The translations under genes and the position numbers were made by a program. A DNA stretch of 63,886 bases, the filler included, from Thelocarpon superellum (lineage: Eukaryota), in NCBI GenBank assembly GCA_026025795.1. It is 6 parts of 6 records of this genome, joined end to end, with 100 filler letters (N's around TTAATTAATTAA, not from the genome) between each part and the next. Parts side by side here need not be neighbours in the genome. Positions count along the whole stretch, not along the records: positions 11,108 to 22,021 come from JAPEUG010000514.1; positions 22,122 to 32,903 come from JAPEUG010000516.1; 4 more parts are not named here. The stretch is one strand, 5' to 3'. Positions 12,193 to 23,025 of the stretch are shown here, in pieces; the first letter of the stretch is position 1, and every line of letters starts with the position of its first letter. The notes below the pieces were generated by a model. That model did not search any database. It worked only from the letters and a program-made list of their open reading frames with translations, and was not told where the DNA came from.

Positions 12193-15100
12193 TCAACCCC
12201 AGTGGACCTTCATCGTCGTCGGTAGGGGAAAGTAGTCCGTCCAGTCCTCCCGCATGTAGATGACAAATCCACCCGCGATGGGAATCGCCTTGAGCTGGCC
12301 CTGGGGTCCCGGCGCACGTCGCACGTTGTCGAGCTTGCCCACCGACTTCAACATTGCCGTGATGGCCACCTGGCTGATCCATTTCCCAAGACACTGATGC
12401 GGCCCGGCCCCGTAGTGCAGATACGAGTCAATGTCGCGGTCCAGACGCACCTTCTCCGGATCCGGGAATGCTTTCGGGTCCTTGGCGGAGTCCACCTAGA
12501 AAGGGATGCCATGTCAGTAAGGGGGGCCGACACGGAGGTGGCGCACGCGCCGAGGGTACCCACAAAGCTGAGCAGGATTCGATCACCCTTCTTCATCTTA
12601 TACGTCTTGCCGTTGTCCACGACCGTGATAGGACTCATGACCTCCCGGTAGGAGCCAAACGCACCTGCAAGTCGAATGCCCTCCATGGCCTGTTTGGTGG
12701 GTCAGTCAAGGAAACGAAAGCTTAGCCATGAGGACAAACGCACGTAGTGCAAGATCTGCTCGTCGGCCTCAGCCGTATCCAGCCGCGAAAGCCGACAGAT
12801 CTCCGGCCAATGAACGTTACCCGCGTCGGACAAGTAAAAGTCGACAATCTGGGCAAAGACTTGCCCCTGGTTGGCCACCATGGCCGCCGCCGTCGGGATA
12901 ATCTGGGCCCAGGCCACCTTGTGCGTGCTCATGCCGCTGTCCAGCAGCTTCCGGATCATGTGCACCCCGTAGTCCGTGAGTGCCGTGTGATGCTGGTGGA
13001 GACGGTCGATCACGCCCGCGATCCAGCCCGTCGCATTCACGGCCTCGACGTTCATCTCGACCAACTTGCCCAGTTGCTGCGAGAGCGATCGAGCCAGCTG
13101 CGTCAGGGGGAAGGACTTGGCCGGGTCTAGGTCGAAGAAGACCCGGACGAACATGACGGTGAGCACCAGGTAGAGCTCCTGCTCCGTATAGATCCCAAAA
13201 GGATTTTCCTCCGTCTTCAGGGGCAGCGAGAAGATGTTGGCCGAGAAATGTGCCTGGGCAATGTTCCCAACGCTAGTCATCAGGAGTCAGGAGGATACAC
13301 TTCACAGAGATACACTCCCTGGCTCAATAGAGCTGGAGAGGTGGGTGAGGTACTCACTCTCGCACAATGTCCACTTGGTTGACGCCGGCAATTTTATGAG
13401 ACTTCTCTTTGAGCAGCTTCGTCGTGATATTTTCATAAAACTCCTTAACCTCCTTGCGCCAGTCGGTCCGGTAGAGGGCGTCACTCATCAAATGTCGCGA
13501 GGTGGCATTGACAGGCGCATCGCCCGCCAGCATGAACTCGCCACCTATAGGCCCGATCTGCGCCTCTAGCCCTTCGCCCCATGTCACATGGAAGCGCGTC
13601 TGATCCTCCAGGATCGCCTTGGCCGTGGAATAGGACGTGATGTTGAGCGGCGGCGGCACATAGCTAGGCCGATCATAAGTGTATTGCTCGGCGCGGCCAA
13701 GATCCGTCAGAATCTTCTTATTCTCCGAAGGGATGGTGAAGGGATAGTGAGCGTAGACCGAGTCAGGCCGGAAATGGTTGGGAAAGGCGCGAAGGAAGAG
13801 CTTGTAGATGACGCATCCTTCCTCGACGCCGGTGTCCGAGAGCACCTCGTTAAAGCCCCAGTTTGTGAGGTTACGTGGATTCTGCTCCTGTTAGCCACAC
13901 TATGCTCGCTCGCCCTTCGAGCTGGGACAGGACGACACGTACATAGTCCACGGTATAGAAGCGATCGGAGCGAGCCAGGGTGACGGCATCCGAGAGGATG
14001 GCGCGCGAGATGGAGAAGTTGGTGGCAAGACCCGAGCCCGGAATCATGGTCTTCTTGGCATCCTCGACCACGACGCCAGGATATAGTTCCACGTAATCCG
14101 GATGGTCATACAGGTGTCGCAGTTGGTCCGCCACGTAGGGGTCGGGGTTGATGTCTTCAAAGGTCTCGTGCGGGCGCAGACCGAAGAACTGACGGAACTC
14201 GTTCAACGACGCGACATTCCAGGAGCGAGCTTGCTCGATGCCCAGAATCTCCACAGCTCGAAGAATGGGCGGCACGCCGTTGGCGCCGAAAGCGCCAGCC
14301 GTATCCTCAATACTTTCGGTCAAAATCTTGACCAGATCGTCGTCCTTGAAGGTGTTGTCCGCTTGGCGCGTCAGGCCGGCCACCTCGCGTTTCAAAGGGT
14401 CATCGGGGATCTTTCGCGTCATCTCCTCCAGCTTCTTCAGGAGCTCGGGCAACGAGACCTGGCCGGGGTCTTTGCCGTCGAATAGGTCTCTGTAGAAACC
14501 TTGCGTCCACTTGTCATCTCGGTCTGAGATGCAAGCATGCCAGCGGTAGATCAGGTTGAACTCGGCCGACACCTGATTTCCGATGCCGCGGGGGGTGCCT
14601 TCGGGGTCAAAGACGGTGATTCCATCTTCCGCCCGCGGATCCTACGGATGTCAACATTATCCTAACCTTGCTGGACCTTACTCACCAGATTCCATTTTGA
14701 CGTAGTACGATTCAGATTGATGATCGTGCGGACATAGTCGATGAGGATGATGTTGATATACAGACCACAGGTGACCAGACGGCCGGTCTGAAAGAGGTCA
14801 TTGTCATACTTGGTCCATGCCGTTTTCGATTTGAACACGTCCGACACGTTCTTCTGTGGCTTTGTGAACCTGCCACTTTCGTTGATCAAGGCCAGCTGCT
14901 CGACGACGTAGTTGTGAAAACTGCCGGAGACAATGGTCAATGACAAGACAACCGCGCGCCAAACCAGGGGGGTCTTCTACCGATTGAACATGATGAGCAT
15001 GCAGCTCACGCCGGGGGGAAAGCCAAGGAGGCGTTTCTCCGCAAAACAGTCGGGCTTGATCTTGCCGTCCTTGAACGTTCGCATCTTTTGCTGCTCCTCC

Positions 15101-16016
15101 TCAATATTCCCGTAGAGCGGCGACAGGTCCAAGTAGGACGAAGTCTCCGAGATGGCACTATTCTCGTGTGACGTGTGGAAGAGGTCTAGATAAAATGTGA
15201 TTAGCACAGGTCGTGCGGGCTACGCCGAGTTGGGCTCGCAGACCGTGGATGATGATCGAGGCAAGGTAGAACAGCATGCTCGAGAGATTGTTCGGATGCG
15301 GGGTAAATTTCTTGCGAGCCATGACACTGTCGAAGATGAGACCTGGATCAGGTAAAGCGGCAGGTCGAATCGTGTCGGGACGGACGCTCCGGGCGTATGG
15401 AGTATTGGCCGCGCCGAGCTTGGGATACATAATGTTCTGCCTTGTAGATCAGCCAGGTGTTCTTGGGCCCGGTGCATTGCTACTGCTCACGTTATTGCTT
15501 CCATCGGCGGTACGATACACGAAATCACTGCCCAGATATCTATCACGGTATCAGCGCGGACACGCACGAGGACGGTGCGTGATCCTACGAGATTGGGGGA
15601 TGCTCAAGCCGATCCCAGAGCTGGTGAAGGAAAAGCCCGGTGATCTCCAGGCGGTTCTTCGACGTGTCCGGCAGCTCGCTGGTCAACTGTTGATTGGTAT
15701 TCCTCAGTTTCGAAGTCGTATCGTTGAGTGGCCATCAACGCACCTGAATGACCCTCTCCATGAGGTATTCCCGATCGTTATCCGGTGCGCCCGTGACCGA
15801 CTCCTTGAGCACTTCCAGCAGAGTCAATGCATCCTTGGGTTTAGAGCTCTCGACATCCTTAACCAGGCCAGTCACCTTGGCTTTCTCGACGGTCGAGCCG
15901 TCCCCTGTCTCGGCAGGGAGGGGACGCAAGGACGCCTGGAGCAGCTGTTTGAACTGCTGAAACGTTTGTTCGATATCACTGCGCGTCGGAATGCCCGTAG
16001 TGGAAGTGGACGCCAT
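12193..16016 (-). CDS. ppo: Psi-producing oxygenase / linoleate dioxygenase-cytochrome P450 fusion (Ppo family)
   Basis: Heme peroxidase/DOX domain (SIIIH-DLFHT distal His, SYLDLSPLYG, VSAEFNLIYRWH) fused to a P450 domain (ANQGQ, EGIR ExxR, HYGAGPHQCLG); multiple GT-AG introns. Confidence 0.95.
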
Positions 16017-17629
16017 GGTTACGGTAGGATTCCAGTCGGCGGCTGGGGCAGGACAATGATGGGGATGGGATGGGAAGATGACAGCGTCGGATCAAGTGGT
16101 TGCTCCCACGGATCAGTGCGAGGGCCACAAGACGGACACGGCCAGCGTACTTGGGCCTTGGGAGCGGCTTCACGAGCGAGCTGGGCACTAATTTAGTTGG
16201 TAAGGAAAAAGGTTCGTCCCGTCGTTGGCGACAAGATAGCGTGTGGTAGAGATACTACTGGTATTGTAGAATGAGTTTGTGCCGGGTACTCGGTCAAGGT
16301 GCGCAACACCAAGGATGGAAACGTTGTCTGCACGATCACGGAGCAGAACGATCATGAGGCTAGGTGCGGTAGGGGATTTACCGAAGCCTAGATAGCGGAC
16401 GTAGGAATAAGGCCATTATCTGCCGAGAATAGCTGTAGGCGCCGGAGCACGGTGGATGCATAGTATGGTACATGGTATACGAAGGATGTGGCTGGCGCAA
16501 CGTGATGGGAGGAGGCTGAAGGTGGGGTGGTGGGGACAGAAGAGGGGCCACGGGACGGGAGAGCGACCTGGCCTGACATGGCGTCCGCCGCTGGAGCGAC
16601 GTTCGCACGATCCGGTCGGCGTAGGGTGCCTGAGCTATTGGACGGATGGCTCGCTTACCCGTGCTGGACCGCTCAGCTCTGTCGCAACATCGACCCTTGT
16701 CGGCAAACGATATCGGGGCGCCCGATGGGTGAGCTTCCCGTCACGCGTCTTGTAAGTAAATGCTTAGCCTCGTTGGAGGTTGCGGCGACCACTTTCGAGT
16801 AGTGGGGCTCGCAGGTGCTCGACAGGTGCCTAGGATCCTCCCTGCCCTGGTCCAGTGAAATCTGCACAGGGAGAACGAAAGTGGAGTCTGGGCGATCAGC
16901 CAAAAGCCGCTGACTACCTTATCACTGGTGGACACACGTCAGCGTGCCTCCCCAACACCAGACTGTCCATATTCGGCGAGAGTGCATCAGCACAGCTGAT
17001 CCGGGGGGTCAAGACGGTAGTCTAGAGGCGTCCTGTCACATGCGCAAAACTGTTCTCGATTGCATCGGGCACTTCTAAGTCGCACCGAGTGTCTACGACT
17101 GGCAGTTCAGTGGAAGAGTCGGGTGTGTGCACACCAGCCTCCGCACGCCGTATTGCAAGACATTGTTACTGGACTCATGTCAACTGCCCCGAACTACGCC
17201 AGCGTATGTCGACGCTCGAATCCACGTGACGGATCCCTTGAGCCATGTCGACGAAGCCTAGGCCGTCTCAGCGCATTTGTGCTGGTGGCATCTTCCGGGC
17301 ATTTGGGCATAAAGTAATGTAATCGAGTCGCACCTCATCGTAGCGGACTGCTCTTCCAGATCTGAACAGTAGTCGTGACTGAGAAGAGCTGAATATGACG
17401 TCCTCAGCGGAGAACGGTTTCCCCAAGCTACGGCGTATGTTGAACTGAGACGACTGGACTCGGTACGAAGAACTTGACGAGTCGGGTAATTTGGCATGGT
17501 ATAGCCGCGTATTTGCAAGGACCCGACAAATTATACGGCGCAAAAGATGGCTGGATACGGCTCATTCCAGCCTGCCCTCTGTTGCGCGACATTATCAGCT
17601 CGAGGATAAACCGAGGCAGGGTTGACACC

Positions 17630-17659
17630 TGTTCGTAGAACAGTTGTTCGTAGAACAGT
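17630..17659. repeat. Perfect 2 x 15-bp tandem repeat TGTTCGTAGAACAGT with internal dyad TGTTC-N3-GAACA
   Basis: Copies at 17630-17644 and 17645-17659, 33 bp upstream of the TSC13 ATG. Confidence 0.85.
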
Positions 17660-17692
17660 GATTCGTGATCCGTGACACTTTAATTCTCCATC

Positions 17693-18727
17693 ATGGCGTC
17701 CAAATCAATGACCTTGGTCGTCCGACCTCGAGGCAAGCTCTCCAAGTCGTCAAAGGTCCAAGTGAGCCGCAGTCTAACATTGTGGACGACAGGAAAACCG
17801 ATCAAGAAGCTCCCCGAAGAAAGCAACGTCATATCGAGCGCATCTACGTCGGAGCTGTACCAGCGCGTTGCCGCCCAATCGGGCCTGTCCATCCACCGAT
17901 TGAAGATCACCAAAGGGAGCGACGGCAGCGCGGTCCCCAACTCGAAGACCGTGTCCATCGTCCATACAGGGCTCCGAGATCACAGTGTCATCTACGTCAA
18001 GGACCTAGGTTGGAGCAGTTATCATCGTGCAAGCGCCACAATCGCTGACCTCCTCGCCCATACAGGTCCCCAGATCGCATGGCGTACGGTCTTCGTCATC
18101 GAATACCTCGGACCGCTCATCTTCCACCCGCTCTTTTACTACCTCCGACCACTAATCTACGGCACGACGACCGCGCCCTCCTACCTCCAAACCCTTTCCT
18201 TTGCAATGATCACGCTCCACTTTTTCAAGCGTGAGCTTGAAACGCTCTTCGTGCACCGCTTCTCCATGGCCACGATGCCGGCGCGTAACATCTTCATCAA
18301 CTCCGGCCACTACTGGATCACCGCCGGCATCAATCTAGCCTACTGGGTCTACGCGCCCACCGCGCCCACCGCAGGGCCGTCTTACGACCCCGTCACCTAT
18401 CTCGCTATCGGACTCTACATCCTCGGCGAGCTCGGCAATCTGTACACGCACCTAGTGCTACGCGACTTGCGTAAGCCAGGGACGACGCAACGCGGGATCC
18501 CGACGGGCTTTGGCTTCGGGCTTGTGACCTGCCCGAACTACCTCTTCGAGGCCATCGCGTGGGTCGGTGTCCTCCTCGTGACGCGCAGTCTTGCCACCAT
18601 CATCTTCATCGTCAGCGCCGTTTTCATGATGATGCGCTGGGGCCGCAAGAAGGAAATGCGCTATCGCAAAGAATTCGGCGATCGCTACAAGAAGAAGCGA
18701 TACTCGGTGATTCCGGGTATCTACTAG
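17693..18727 (+). CDS. TSC13: Very-long-chain enoyl-CoA reductase (steroid 5-alpha-reductase family)
   Basis: Ubiquitin-like N-terminus, then KDLG|PQIAWRTVFVIEYLGP, HFFKRELETLFVHRFS, VTCPNYLFE; in-frame 57-nt intron 18009-18065. Confidence 0.95.
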   Translation: MASKSMTLVVRPRGKLSKSSKVQVSRSLTLWTTGKPIKKLPEESNVISSASTSELYQRVAAQSGLSIHRLKITKGSDGSAVPNSKTVSIVHTGLRDHSVIYVKDLGWSSYHRASATIADLLAHTGPQIAWRTVFVIEYLGPLIFHPLFYYLRPLIYGTTTAPSYLQTLSFAMITLHFFKRELETLFVHRFSMATMPARNIFINSGHYWITAGINLAYWVYAPTAPTAGPSYDPVTYLAIGLYILGELGNLYTHLVLRDLRKPGTTQRGIPTGFGFGLVTCPNYLFEAIAWVGVLLVTRSLATIIFIVSAVFMMMRWGRKKEMRYRKEFGDRYKKKRYSVIPGIY

Positions 18728-19319
18728 TGCTCTTTACGGGATCGGGAGACGTGGAAGACATGGACATACGTGCGTGACCTGGGCGTGAGGCGGCCGAAAT
18801 CTTATCACTACACGGAGAGGATTGCGACGCGGAGAGAGGCTGAAGATACATATTCCTAGTCGCATCAATTCATTAACGAGATTTAGAGAAAAGAGTCCGA
18901 CCCGAAGTGTCCCATCTTCATGCAACACTGTCGCAGGTGCAGAAAACGATCGGTGGACTGGGTCCAGCAGATCCAACTCAAGAATTTCCTTTATGATCTC
19001 CGCCTATCGAAATTACCAGGAGCCGAACTATTTGGTGGTAGATTCACCATTCTTTCCTCCATCCTCGATCCTTTTCTTCCCATTTATAATTAGAGAATTA
19101 AATGCACGCACACACGCATCAAACGCCGTGATGACCGTCATCCGTCGACATCTGGTATGCAGAAGAGCAGAGGATTCCAAATTGTTCCGTAAGGATCGTG
19201 GGGGTATCTAGCGGCACGCGTTCTGCCATGTCGTCGTTACGAGAGTGTTCATCGCGTTGGACAAATGAATCGCTAATAGTGCAGGAAGGACTGTCGGGGG
19301 TCGAGAGAGAGATCTTGAA

Positions 19320-19938
19320 TTATGACATCAGATAGGCGACCAAGCCGGCAGTGAGGATGGTGAGCATCGTATTTTGGCTGAGAGCGCCAGCGCTGCCGAG
19401 GAAGGGCGATGGGCTGGCCGTGCCAGTGATGTTGTTGCCTGGAATCACCCCGGTGGCGAATCCGCTGCCAGAGGCAACAAAGGTCGTGACAGCGGTGACG
19501 ACTGATATATCATGTTTAGCTGATGAGTGTGCAGATGCTTGACATAGGAGACTTACGAGGAGCAACGACAGATGTCACGACGGTCACTGGTGCTGTGCTT
19601 GTGTTCTGGCTGGGGAAGTAGGGAAGGACGATTGACGTGACTTGGCTGGAGAGGGTGACGGGAATCGTCTCGCCCACAGTGGTGGTGTTTGCGGGGCCGG
19701 TGGGAAACGGGACGGTGGCTGTGGTGGTGGCCGATGCAGCCAATGCAACGGTGGCCGTGGTAATCGACGTAGTCGAGGTGGTCGAGGTGGTCAAGGAGGT
19801 CGAAGTGGTCGAGGAAGCTGCAGCAGTGGTAAAGGGCGGAAGCGTGACGACCGTGGTTTGACTACCGACGGTGAGGGTGAAGAACTGCGCAAGGCCGAGG
19901 CCCGGTAGCAGCGCGGTGAGGAGGAGCACAGGCAGCAT
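19320..19938 (-). CDS. Ser/Thr-rich GPI-anchored cell-wall/membrane protein
   Basis: Signal peptide MLPVLLLTALLPGLGLAQ, Thr/Ser-rich body, C-terminal FLGSAGALSQNTMLTILTAGLVAYLMS; one intron within ~19505-19556. Confidence 0.8.
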
Positions 19939-21358
19939 AGTGAACCACCGGCGTCGCTTGAAGCAAAGGATTTGTGGAACGGTGAGGATGGAGGAACGTG
20001 CGGGAGACTGTGCGTAGCGAAAGGATTTGAGGGTGAGCTTATTGGGATCACGATGGCGGGGCAGCTGTCCAAGATAAAGAAACGGTGAGGTTGGTTGGGC
20101 GGCATGGGAAAGGGCGTGGCTGGTGGCGAGTCGTATGAGAGCATCGTCGAACTATCCGCGCCATTCTAGCTGGGCAAACAGGGAAACAGGGCTAACGTGG
20201 AGCTTCACGTTACTAACGTAGTGACGACTAGGGACAAGCTGCATCATCTGCATCATCATCACTGTAACCATCCATTGCATCGGTCGGATCTTATCGGTGG
20301 GGCTCCGCTGCTCGTCCGCGCATCGCCCATGACAGTGCATATCCGAGACATTCTCACCACGCGCATGCCGGCACCGACAGACTTCGGCGTCTTTCTCTCG
20401 TCTCTCTTCGGCATGGAAGCGCCGCAGATGAGCGTTGTCATCATACCTGTTCACGAAAGGCTCAGACGGCCTCAGCCACAATATGACCGGAACAACCGGG
20501 TGGGAAGCGAGTCCGGACGCTTCCTTGATTTGCAGACCGCCGCCATGACTTGGTACTTCCACACAGGACGGCGATGGGCCGAGGGCACCAGTTATGTGGC
20601 GTACCTTGGAAGTAGGCTTGTTCGGTCGGTGTGCGGTCCGTCGCCCAAGGTCCGCGGCGTGGACGAGTGATTGCGTGGTGGGAGGTGGGTGGCGTAAGTG
20701 ACGACGATCCTGGCGATTGCATCATGCTTGGGATTCGGGCGGCGGGGAAGCTACCGGAGCTCCTGTAGCTTACCAGCACGAGCTAAGCGTCATCACCCTG
20801 GTGCAGCGCAGGCCACCTAGGCTAGGTCCCTGCGATCGCTGCTCGTCGTCGTACGATTGCAAGTACGAGCACGAGTACTAAGTACTGACTACATGATTCG
20901 TAGTCTTGCAAGTCCCCGTCTTTACGCGTACCCGTGCCTTGGCGGCACCGGGGCTACTCTTGCTCTTTGGGGCATACGCCGGCAGCGGACGTGGCCCGGC
21001 CAAGGTGAGGTTAGGTGGCAGAGTGGGAAGCGAGCGCAGGTGGTTGGGTCGCTGGGGTCGTGGCGTGGCCTGGGCACGCGGCACGGATAGCGAAGCTCAC
21101 GCTACTCGTCTGTCCCGCCACGTCGTTTCCTCGAAGTTGCCCCGGTCGCATGCGATTGGCCGTGGAGCCATGCGGCGACGGGTCACTACTCAGTCAATAA
21201 TGGGTCAGTAGTCGGGTGCATATCTTGTTTTCGTCAGCCAGTTGAACGCCGGCCAAAGGCTTTTTGATATCAGACCAAGAACGACGCTACCGTTGTGCAT
21301 CATTCGACATGGTCGACCAAGATATCCTGAATACCATATACATGGCGCGGTGACAGGT

Positions 21359-22021
21359 TCAATCGAACCGAAATCGCTCCATTCCACGCCGAACAAAGCG
21401 GATTGGAATCTCGCTCCCCTTCTTGAGCTTCGTTGTCACCACCACATCCCAGCCATCGTCCAACTTCTCGTACGCACTGTCGATGGCGCGTTGGTGGAGG
21501 GCTCGCCGCTCGGCCGGCGACAGGCTGGCCACCTCCTCGTCGCTCGCCCACTGATCCACGGCCAACTCGACGCTGTAATGTTGAAAAATGGCGGCTAGCG
21601 CAGCGGTCAGCTCGACCATGGCAAAACGCCGACCCAGACATGCTCGCTGGCCGTCGCTGAAGGGAATGAAGGCCCCAGGCGGCGGTGTGTAGAGACGACT
21701 GCGAGCTTTGTCGGGATGGGACTCGGGCAAGAGCCAGCGTTGGGGCACGAAATCCTGGAGGTCGTGCGACGCGCCCGTCCGCGACGAAGGTTGGTGCGGG
21801 TAATAACGCGGATCACGATGGATTGTATAATTGCTCAGATGGATGAAGGTGCCGTTGGGAATCTTGATCTGCTGCCCGTCCCTCATCACCACCTGGTCTC
21901 CCGTCGCCACGTGTTTGGGGAAGTTGATGACGGGGGAGTAGACGCGCAGCTGCTCGTAGATGACCGCCCCGAGCATGCTATTGAGGAGTCGGTCACACCA
22001 CTCCTCGTACCGACACTCGCC
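21359..22021 (-). CDS. Cytochrome P450, 3' fragment (5' part lost at contig end)
   Basis: EQLR (ExxR), FVPQRW (PERF variant) and FSDGQRACLG heme motif. Confidence 0.92.
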   Translation of the reverse strand, partial: GECRYEEWCDRLLNSMLGAVIYEQLRVYSPVINFPKHVATGDQVVMRDGQQIKIPNGTFIHLSNYTIHRDPRYYPHQPSSRTGASHDLQDFVPQRWLLPESHPDKARSRLYTPPPGAFIPFSDGQRACLGRRFAMVELTAALAAIFQHYSVELAVDQWASDEEVASLSPAERRALHQRAIDSAYEKLDDGWDVVVTTKLKKGSEIPIRFVRRGMERFRFD

Positions 22022-22121
22022 NNNNNNNNNNNNNNNNNNNNNNNNNNNNNNNNNNNNNNNNNNNNTTAATTAATTAANNNNNNNNNNNNNNNNNNNNNNN
22101 NNNNNNNNNNNNNNNNNNNNN
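22022..22121. other. Artificial contig spacer
   Basis: 44N-TTAATTAATTAA-44N. Confidence 0.97.
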
Positions 22122-22160
22122 ATGACCACCCACTGCAATGAAACATCTCAGTCAAGTCGT

Positions 22161-23025
22161 TCAGGATCCGAGCTCGCCCATCTTCATCTCCGGGGGCTCG
22201 TAGACAAGCCCGCTGAGCTCGAAGCAGCACTGCCCGCTCACGTAGGTCTGGTTACAAGGACAGAGGAGCGGCATCTGGTCCCGCTTGGGGTTGGACATGG
22301 CGCCGGCGACTTGAGTGGTGATGGTGGTGCAAATGCCCAGAAAGAAGTAGTCGCCAATGTACTTGTGCTTGCGACGGCGCGCCTGACAGAAACAGCCACC
22401 GGAAGTGCAATTGTGCATGTGTGAGCACGACGTCGAACACTGGTCGGCTGGCGCCGCCGGAGCGGCCGGAGTTCCCGGGTCGGCCAGGTCGGCCGTGTTG
22501 CCAATGGTCGTTTTGCCGTTTCCAGCGTCGGCGCTCTTGGTCGTGGATTCGTTGATGGGCAGTGCAGAGCCAGTCGCTGCTTGATCCTGACACTGGTCAG
22601 GGTCTGGGGTGGCGAGGATGCATTCTTCGGCCTCCCGATTCTGATCTGGCTTGTCAGGGCACCGACAGTCAAAGATGCACTTCAAAGTGAAATTCGAAAG
22701 GTCACGGTTCCGGTCCGTCAAAGAGTTAGGTCGGCAAAGCGGATGACGCGCACGCAATGGACACACGCAGGGCAGATTGGTGCATAACTCTGTGAAGGTG
22801 GAAAATCCGTGGGCCTGTACGTCGACGGGGTAGCCAGGAGTCGATGGTCGGTCCTCGCATATCATCTCCTACGCAGGCCTCCATGAGCGGGATATTCTGC
22901 TCTCGTCTGGAAGAATTCCTCACCCGCGGGGCCCCTTGGGTCCTCACTTTGGCCATCGTGATGCCGGCCAACGATAGCATCAGGGCGGCGACGAATGGGA
23001 GAGCGACTATCTTGGCCCTCCACAT
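22161..23025 (-). CDS. Secreted cysteine-rich protein (20 Cys), unknown function
   Basis: Exon 1 23025-22948 encodes signal peptide MWRAKIVALPFVAALMLSLAGITMAK; phase-0 GT-AG intron 22947-22869 joins ORF 22161..22865; C-terminal KR then CPCNQTYVSGQCC module. Confidence 0.75.

Noticed and set aside
15276..16196. Long antisense ORFs over real genes (also 393-962, 2889-3743, 36117-36902, 45198-46298)
   Set aside because: Shadow frames caused by high GC3 codon bias; no independent motifs
20197..20670. His-run ORF upstream of the GPI protein
   Set aside because: Non-ATG start, (CAT)n microsatellite origin, no recognisable homology
5469..22021. Oxidase + GPCR + Ppo + P450 as one oxylipin-signalling cluster
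   Set aside because: The oxidase and GPCR are separated from Ppo by an artificial spacer, so their adjacency is not evidence of linkage
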